Below are positions 1 to 4,262 of a stretch of DNA of 10,066 nt, in pieces; position 1 is the first letter of the stretch; each line of letters begins with the position of its first letter. Source of the stretch: a virus. Lineage: Duplodnaviria; Heunggongvirae; Uroviricota; Caudoviricetes. The stretch covers positions 1 through 10,066 of IMG/VR virus record IMGVR_UViG_3300032304_001269, one strand, 5' to 3'. The notes under the pieces are model-generated. The model was not told where the DNA came from. It did no database searches and saw nothing but the letters and a program-made list of their open reading frames with translations. Made by a program: the position numbers and the translations under genes.

Positions 1-23
1 AGTCTTTTCTTGAACATGTGTAT

Positions 24-52
24 ATTATACGATCATAATCACATTCTGTCAA
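24..52 (-). promoter_or_regulatory. Consensus sigma70-type (phage early) promoter driving a gene left of the window
   Basis: Minus strand reads TTGACA (52-47), 17-nt spacer, TATAAT (29-24): a perfect consensus. Confidence 0.9.
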
Positions 53-63
53 TGGATTTCTGC

Positions 64-273
64 TTATGTTGTGATCTTACGCAGCGGGGCCTCTGGTTGG
101 AATTGGCGTTTTGGCTGCTGGTACAAGGGATCTAATTGGAACTCTGGCTTAGGCTGTGCTAGTAAAGGATCTACCACAAACTGATCACAGCAGGAGTACA
201 CAGCCGCGGGCCAGTAACGGTGTGTGCGGTGTACGTGATACAGTACTAGTACAGAGTCTTCAGCAGTGATCAT
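64..273 (-). CDS. Hypothetical protein (69 aa from ATG 273; the ORF track starts at GTG 294) with a 13-aa tandem repeat
   Basis: DPLLAQPKPEFQL/DPLYQQPKRQFQP repeat with synonymous codon differences between copies. TATATA box 6 nt upstream of ATG 273. Confidence 0.65.
   Translation of the reverse strand: MITAEDSVLVLYHVHRTHRYWPAAVYSCCDQFVVDPLLAQPKPEFQLDPLYQQPKRQFQPEAPLRKITT
81..91 (+). repeat. GCAGCGGGGCC dispersed repeat, copy 1
   Basis: Identical 11-mer at 81-91, 308-318 and 652-662. Confidence 0.85.
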
Positions 274-279
274 ATACAG

Positions 280-285
280 TATATA
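280..285 (-). promoter_or_regulatory. Possible late-type promoter variant (TATATA-ctgtat-ATG)
   Basis: One mismatch to TAAATA. Short CTG-containing spacer to ATG, like the boxes at 1279 and 1322. Confidence 0.35.
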
Positions 286-307
286 TCGTGACACACACTA
301 AACCCCC

Positions 308-318
308 GCAGCGGGGCC
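308..318 (+). repeat. GCAGCGGGGCC dispersed repeat, copy 2 (part of the CCCCGC-A-GCGGGG dyad at 304-316)
   Basis: Direct sequence match. Confidence 0.85.
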
Positions 319-381
319 ACTGTATACACAGGGTTTTACAGTCTATGACGCTGGATTCATGGTAGAAGAATGTGGGAGAAT

Positions 382-397
382 GGTTCGAACGGTTCGA
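382..397 (+). repeat. Short tandem duplication GGTTCGAAC-GGTTCGA
   Basis: 9-nt period, about 1.8 copies. Confidence 0.6.
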
Positions 398-490
398 TTT
401 AATGTGATTCTACACTAGAATCTCGAGTAGCTAGATTCGCCAGGCCGGTGGTGGGAGAGGCTATGCTCAAATGGTCAGCATAAGATGCTG

Positions 491-508
491 CGATTCCCAC
501 GATTCCCA
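491..508 (+). repeat. Tandem duplication (CGATTCCCA)x2
   Basis: Perfect 9-mer x2; each copy carries GATTC. Confidence 0.8.
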
Positions 509-512
509 ATAT

Positions 513-540
513 TTTATACTGCGAGTCCAAGCATTCTCAA
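513..540 (-). promoter_or_regulatory. Possible sigma70-like promoter inside the intergenic element
   Basis: TTGAGA (540-535), N16, TATAAA (518-513). One mismatch per box; a GANTC lies in the spacer (523-527). Confidence 0.35.
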
Positions 541-570
541 CTTATTCCCCATGCGACCCCCAAGATCTCC

Positions 571-593
571 CACAGTAGACTCACAGTAGACTC
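571..593 (+). repeat. Tandem duplication (CACAGTAGACT)x2+C
   Basis: Perfect 11-mer x2; each copy ends in a GACTC site. Confidence 0.8.
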
Positions 594-612
594 TAGTACG
601 CATACACTACAC

Positions 613-633
613 CCACTATACACCACTATACAC
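613..633 (+). repeat. Tandem duplication (CCACTATACA)x2+C
   Basis: Perfect 10-mer x2. Confidence 0.8.
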
Positions 634-651
634 ACACTGTACGCAGACCTT

Positions 652-662
652 GCAGCGGGGCC
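652..662 (+). repeat. GCAGCGGGGCC dispersed repeat, copy 3
   Basis: Direct sequence match. Confidence 0.85.
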
Positions 663-686
663 TATACACGAATCTACCTGCTTGTA

Positions 687-914
687 TCACTGTGAGTTGC
701 CCACACGTCTTATATACTGCCATATGGGTCTATGGCCGTCTCTAGTACCAGGATCTCCACCCACAGTCAATCGCAGTCTGCTGTCAATACCTCTGCTGTG
801 TGAGTTCACGTATTCTGCTATCTGTCTGTCACTGGTGCGAATTAGGCACTGGCCTTGATCGTTGCACACTGTATACATCACACAGCCTTCTGGATCCTCG
901 TCTGTGATCAGCAT
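687..914 (-). CDS. Hypothetical phage protein (75 aa)
   Basis: ATG start 9 nt downstream of the stop of the 924-1052 ORF; last gene of the tiled 1273-687 minus-strand unit. Confidence 0.7.
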   Translation of the reverse strand: MLITDEDPEGCVMYTVCNDQGQCLIRTSDRQIAEYVNSHSRGIDSRLRLTVGGDPGTRDGHRPIWQYIRRVGNSQ

Positions 915-923
915 GTGCTAGGG

Positions 924-1052
924 TTAAAACACTATGATTTTGTAGTGTACTAGACTCCAGAACGCTACCCAGCTTAGGAATCCTAATATTAATAACAGTA
1001 TTTCCATTTCAGCTAGGTCCTGCTGCCATTTACTGTGTTCTTGTTCAGTCAT
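924..1052 (-). CDS. Small single-pass membrane protein (42 aa), not in the ORF track
   Basis: Hand translation: MTEQEHSKWQQDLAEMEILLLILGFLSWVAFWSLVHYKIIVF*. ATGA overlap with the stop of 1049-1273; hydrophobic run ILLLILGFLSWVAFWSLV. Confidence 0.75.
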   Translation of the reverse strand: MTEQEHSKWQQDLAEMEILLLILGFLSWVAFWSLVHYKIIVF

Positions 1053-1273
1053 CTATGCTGCCTTTGTTTGCGTATAACTCCACGTACACAGTGTTGTCTA
1101 CGTTCCCAATTCCGGATCTTGTCACAGAAAGCTGCGCTACCACTGTATGCGGCCATACACTCCCAACGATCGTCTTGGGTCTTTTTCATGTTACACTCGT
1201 TGACGTCACTGTGAGCTAGACCTGTGAGGGTGAGCATAGCCGCATACAGTAGTAGACGCAGTGAATTAACCAT
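1049..1273 (-). CDS. Secreted Cys-repeat protein (74 aa, signal peptide)
   Basis: Hydrophobic N-terminus ending AHS|D. Mature part C-x11-C-x10-C-x11-C. TAAATA box 5 nt upstream of the ATG. Confidence 0.8.
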   Translation of the reverse strand: MVNSLRLLLYAAMLTLTGLAHSDVNECNMKKTQDDRWECMAAYSGSAAFCDKIRNWERRQHCVRGVIRKQRQHR

Positions 1274-1278
1274 GCAGT

Positions 1279-1284
1279 TATTTA
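1279..1284 (-). promoter_or_regulatory. T4-like late promoter core TAAATA
   Basis: Minus strand reads caaTAAATAactgcATG. Confidence 0.65.
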
Positions 1285-1304
1285 TTGAAAAAATTCTACC
1301 GCTG

Positions 1305-1331
1305 AGCTGCTTCGCAGCTGATAAATAGCTG
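1305..1331. other. Overlapping alternative hairpins between the divergent promoters
   Basis: AGCTGC-TTC-GCAGCT (1305-1319; the minus strand contains GCGAAGC) and CAGCT-GATAAAT-AGCTG (1315-1331). Confidence 0.55.
1322..1327 (+). promoter_or_regulatory. T4-like late promoter core TAAATA
   Basis: Plus strand reads gaTAAATAgctgtATG. Confidence 0.65.
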
Positions 1332-1332
1332 T

Positions 1333-1563
1333 ATGCTGCGAAGATACCTTGTCACTGATCACACTTGCTTACCCGAGATACTAGAGTGGGTTGCGGAGCC
1401 TGATCATCGCTGTCAACTGATTGGATCGCGTGTGGCGGACACTGTAGAGTATCACGTGGTACTGGATCTCACCCACGGACATCTAGAACTTGTGGATCTA
1501 TTATTAACTGAGTTTCCTCGTGCTGTTGCAGCCGTGGAATTTCCTCGCAGTCACTTACTATGA
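1333..1563 (+). CDS. Hypothetical protein (76 aa)
   Basis: ATG 5 nt after TAAATA; its stop overlaps the next ATG (ATGA). Confidence 0.7.
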   Translation: MLRRYLVTDHTCLPEILEWVAEPDHRCQLIGSRVADTVEYHVVLDLTHGHLELVDLLLTEFPRAVAAVEFPRSHLL

Positions 1564-1946
1564 AAACACTAATACTATCTATCGCAATCATGCTCACAGG
1601 CTGTGCTACAGTACAGTCGTGGATACCTTCATTCTGGGATGCTAATCAAAGCGCAAGAATCACAGACGTGCAATTGGCCGTGGATCGCCTGGACTGTGCT
1701 GCAGATCAACTGGTTCAGGTCACACGCATACGTGATGATCTACGTTGGTTTGAACTGTACAGTGTCAGCAAAGGCTCAGTACAACAGGATGTGGTGCGTT
1801 TGATACAACCCATGCAGCAGACTGTGGAAGACATGTACAAACGCAACACAGAGGGTCGGGGCTCCACTGTGTATTGTGAACTCAAAAAGCGGATCATGCA
1901 ACAACAGGCTAGCAGAGCAGCCGCAGGCATACAAGGGAGATGGTAA
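1560..1946 (+). CDS. Lipoprotein, function unknown (128 aa)
   Basis: MKTLILSIAIMLTG|C: lipobox LTGC with Cys15. Two further Cys and a helical-looking mature domain. Confidence 0.85.
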   Translation: MKTLILSIAIMLTGCATVQSWIPSFWDANQSARITDVQLAVDRLDCAADQLVQVTRIRDDLRWFELYSVSKGSVQQDVVRLIQPMQQTVEDMYKRNTEGRGSTVYCELKKRIMQQQASRAAAGIQGRW

Positions 1947-2176
1947 TGCAACAACTACACGACATAGCAGCCACAGGTCCTGGATGGGCACGTGAGCGAG
2001 CTGAAATGGCCCTGGCCATAATGAGTCAGTATGAGGGTGGGGGTCTAGAGCTAGATGAGTATCAAGAACTCATGCGAGACCTAGTGAGATCAGACACTCT
2101 CAACGCACAAGCTGACGATCAGGAACTGAAAAACCTATTGGTCTCATGTGTGATGATCGGGGCTCGACTAGCATGA
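1946..2176 (+). CDS. Small acidic hypothetical protein (76 aa; start more likely 1946 than 1940)
   Basis: TAATG overlap with the lipoprotein stop; AGGGAG Shine-Dalgarno at 1934-1939, 6 nt upstream. Confidence 0.8.
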   Translation: MQQLHDIAATGPGWARERAEMALAIMSQYEGGGLELDEYQELMRDLVRSDTLNAQADDQELKNLLVSCVMIGARLA

Positions 2177-2661
2177 AGATCACGGAAATCATCACGGAAA
2201 ACATATTCACCTGCGACTACCGAGCAGTCATGGACGCTGTGGCTGCACTGTATCAAGAACACTATGATGTCAACATATGGAACAATGCAGAAGCACATGA
2301 TCAAGCAGCCCAGGTCTTGATGAAAGAGCATCCCACCCAAGAAGAGCTGGAGTTCATCATAGACACACAAGAATTACCAGAACGATTCCAAGAACTCAAC
2401 TTCCCCCTCAACGACGGCATACTGTTGGGCCTGGAACCTCAGGACACAGAGGTCACAGAACAGCCTGCCAGTCGCGATCTCTGCACATCAGGCAAGCCAG
2501 ACTCAGCCCTGGGTGCCTCACAGCTGAGCTCATGCAAGAGCCAGGGCTATCGCAGCCGAGAGGGTGCTAAGTCACACAAGGTGGGTACAGAACGCATACG
2601 CATGCGTGGCAAGAAAATCAAGGGCAAGAAGTACGGGGGTCCCTTGCCTGATTGGTCATAA
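2173..2661 (+). CDS. Putative virion-internal protein: acidic N-domain plus basic C-domain (162 aa; start 2173)
   Basis: ATGA overlap with the upstream stop. N-terminus MKITEIITE. 21 D/E vs 4 K/R in the first ~97 aa; 15 K/R vs 5 D/E in the last ~65 aa. Confidence 0.8.
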   Translation: MKITEIITENIFTCDYRAVMDAVAALYQEHYDVNIWNNAEAHDQAAQVLMKEHPTQEELEFIIDTQELPERFQELNFPLNDGILLGLEPQDTEVTEQPASRDLCTSGKPDSALGASQLSSCKSQGYRSREGAKSHKVGTERIRMRGKKIKGKKYGGPLPDWS

Positions 2662-2666
2662 GCTGC

Positions 2667-3212
2667 ATGGTCAAAGTCACTGATCTACTCATAGCCCCAC
2701 CCCAGATGCCCGACCCCCGATTCCGGGACACAGTGCTGATGATCACTGCCCACAGTACCGTGGGCTCACGAGCAGTGTGTGTGAATCGACCCTTGGGTGT
2801 GACCCTGGATCAAGTGTTGCAGGGTCACCCATGGTCACTGCCCCCTACCCCCGTGTACTGGGGTGGCCCTGTTAACACCCACAGCCTTTGGATGATACAC
2901 AGCACAGACTGGCTGTGCGATTACAGTCAACAGCTGTCAGAGTCTTGGGCAGTGACCAGCCATGCACACATGCTGGATCAACTCACAGAGCCCGGGGGTC
3001 CTAGATACAGCAGATTCGTTTTGGGTCACGCTGGGTGGGCCCCAGGACAACTACAGGCTGAGCTAGAGGGTGCTCAGGGATGGTCACAGTCGCAGTCATG
3101 GCTGACTGCAGATAATCTAGGAGTGGAGTGGCTGTTGGAGCAGAGCGTTGAAGATGTTTGGAACAACACTATTACTGTCAGTTGTCATCAGGCAGTCGAT
3201 AGTTGGCTTTGA
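2667..3212 (+). CDS. yqgE: YqgE/AlgH family protein (DUF179), 181 aa
   Basis: Family motifs LLIAPPxMxDPxFxxTV, NRP, VYWGGPV, LGxAGWAPGQLxxEL and WL, in the correct order. ATG at 2667, 5 nt after the upstream stop. Confidence 0.9.
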   Translation: MVKVTDLLIAPPQMPDPRFRDTVLMITAHSTVGSRAVCVNRPLGVTLDQVLQGHPWSLPPTPVYWGGPVNTHSLWMIHSTDWLCDYSQQLSESWAVTSHAHMLDQLTEPGGPRYSRFVLGHAGWAPGQLQAELEGAQGWSQSQSWLTADNLGVEWLLEQSVEDVWNNTITVSCHQAVDSWL

Positions 3213-3450
3213 AACGTTCACTGTGACTCTGGCAGGTCACGCACAGCTGGGTACCCGGCACTGCCTGTTGTCTAGCCAAGGGGATATCATCACCACAGGT
3301 TTCACACTCAGTGGCCGAGGGCTGAGCCCTTTGGCGTTCTAGTCGTTGGCGCACTGAGTCCAGAGCCTGGGCATCACGCATCATAGCAATGGCCTGGGCC
3401 TGCTCTCCCTCTTCTGAGCTGCTGACGTCAATTTTATCGAGTTCGTTCAT
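3178..3450 (-). CDS. TraR/DksA family C4 zinc-finger protein (90 aa from ATG 3450; GTG 3456 is an alternative start)
   Basis: CETCGDDIPLARQQAVPGTQLCVTCQxxxER matches the TraR pattern CxxCGxxIPxARxxxxPGxxLCVxCQ. Confidence 0.92.
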   Translation of the reverse strand: MNELDKIDVSSSEEGEQAQAIAMMRDAQALDSVRQRLERQRAQPSATECETCGDDIPLARQQAVPGTQLCVTCQSHSERFKANYRLPDDN

Positions 3451-3709
3451 TGTCACTGTTCCGTATGGTTGTTAATAGTTGATTGCGATGATCTCTGTAC
3501 TTAGCGTATTTTTCTCTGACCATGGCGAACCATATGTCTTTGAACACCACTATGGCTATGATGCTCCAGCCCACGTATGCCATGTACGATCCCCAGGGCG
3601 AGGGCACAAACATGCTGGAGACATTCAGTATCAAGCTGACGATAATGGCCTTTTGCCACAGCTCCCAACTGGACCAACAGTAACCCAAAAAGTCCAAGAT
3701 ATTTTTCAT
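3434..3709 (-). CDS. Two-TM membrane protein (91 aa)
   Basis: Hydrophobic segments AIIVSLILNVSSMFVP and YMAYVGWSIIAIVVF, then a charged C-tail. ATGA coupling to the upstream ORF. Confidence 0.8.
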   Translation of the reverse strand: MKNILDFLGYCWSSWELWQKAIIVSLILNVSSMFVPSPWGSYMAYVGWSIIAIVVFKDIWFAMVREKYAKYRDHRNQLLTTIRNSDNERTR

Positions 3710-3909
3710 AATTCAACTCCAAAATTCTGTTTGATCTGTTCAGCAGCATCATCGTATCCATGCAGGGTCAGCTGCTGCACACAGGCTGCGAACAGCAGTT
3801 GAGCGTAGATGCGATTGTAGTTGTCGATCCATTGCTGTGGGTCTAGCCCTGCAGGCACTAGGATCTTGGCCTGATCACTGAACTCTTGATATGCCAGCGG
3901 ATTGATCAT
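3706..3909 (-). CDS. Hypothetical protein (67 aa), paralogue A of the small 'L..C...K..FG(V/L)E' family
   Basis: YAQLLFAAC...AEQIKQNFGVE; ATGA coupling at both ends. Confidence 0.8.
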   Translation of the reverse strand: MINPLAYQEFSDQAKILVPAGLDPQQWIDNYNRIYAQLLFAACVQQLTLHGYDDAAEQIKQNFGVEL

Positions 3910-4148
3910 ATGTAGAGATCCACGTCAGTGCCTTTGAGCAGTTTGGCCTTGGTATAGGCCCTTTCAAGATACATTTCATCTAACAGCAGTGCTTCACGTC
4001 TGCGACTCAGCAGCAGTTTCTCAGCTTCATTGCGATCCTGAACCAGCTTGCGTTCAATGGAATTTTTAGTCAGCTGTAGTTGCAGATTTTTCAAAGCCTG
4101 GGCAGTGGCCATCATGTGATAGGCGTTGTCAGCGGGTCCTACTTTCAT
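3906..4148 (-). CDS. Hypothetical coiled-coil-like protein (80 aa)
   Basis: L/E/K/R-rich helical sequence; C-terminus KGTDVDLYI; TAAATA 19 nt upstream. Confidence 0.75.
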   Translation of the reverse strand: MKVGPADNAYHMMATAQALKNLQLQLTKNSIERKLVQDRNEAEKLLLSRRREALLLDEMYLERAYTKAKLLKGTDVDLYI

Positions 4149-4151
4149 AGT

Positions 4152-4262
4152 TCATGTCCAAAAAATATATTTAACACAGGCTGCGATCACAGCCACTCGC
4201 ATCACAGTCAACCAAACACTGTGATACCATGTAGATTCAATTATTGATTTGATCATATTCAT
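4152..4262 (-). CDS. Small membrane peptide (36 aa), not in the ORF track
   Basis: Hand translation: MNMIKSIIESTWYHSVWLTVMRVAVIAACVKYIFWT*. ATGA overlap with the 4259 stop; ends 3 nt before the next ATG. Confidence 0.7.
   Translation of the reverse strand: MNMIKSIIESTWYHSVWLTVMRVAVIAACVKYIFWT
4168..4173 (-). promoter_or_regulatory. Possible late promoter TAAATA inside the small ORF, upstream of 4148
   Basis: Minus strand gtTAAATAta; same TTAAATATA context as 10026-10031. Confidence 0.45.

Larger units (their letters stand above)
295..686. other. Structured non-coding element (GANTC cluster, tandem duplications, hairpins); candidate origin, regulatory locus or ncRNA
   Basis: No ORF of 60 aa or more in the track. 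GANTC at 354, 406, 418, 434, 492, 501, 523, 578, 589, 670. Hairpins at 406-422, 418-438 and 476-490. Confidence 0.6.

Noticed and set aside
299-318. GC hairpin as a confident intrinsic terminator
   Set aside because: Only a 5-bp stem with a 3-nt loop, followed by GTTTAG on the minus strand; U-tract too weak. Kept only as a supporting hint.
382-400. GGTTCGAAC / GGTTCGATT resemble tRNA T-loops
   Set aside because: Neither has the closing C61 or a 5-bp T-stem on either strand; no acceptor or anticodon arms found.
81-662. Three identical 11-mers as a CRISPR array
   Set aside because: Repeat too short, spacings (227 and 344 nt) unequal and far too long; one copy lies inside an ORF.
1560-1946. 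Lipoprotein as o-spanin (Rz1-like)
   Set aside because: No neighbouring i-spanin or endolysin in the window; not Pro-rich.
2146-2172. ORF-track upstream starts (2146, and likewise 1940, 2652, 294)
   Set aside because: Downstream ATGs (2173, 1946, 2667, 273) fit stop/start overlaps, RBS spacing or promoter spacing better.
1603-2370. ORFs 1603-1803(+), 1715-1954(-), 1776-1991(-), 2119-2370(-)
   Set aside because: Alternative-frame or antisense shadows of better supported, translationally coupled genes; no RBS or motifs.
3148-3802. ORFs 3148-3342(+), 3479-3802(+), 3501-3761(-)
   Set aside because: Shadows of the TraR-like and membrane-protein genes; they do not fit the overlap chain.
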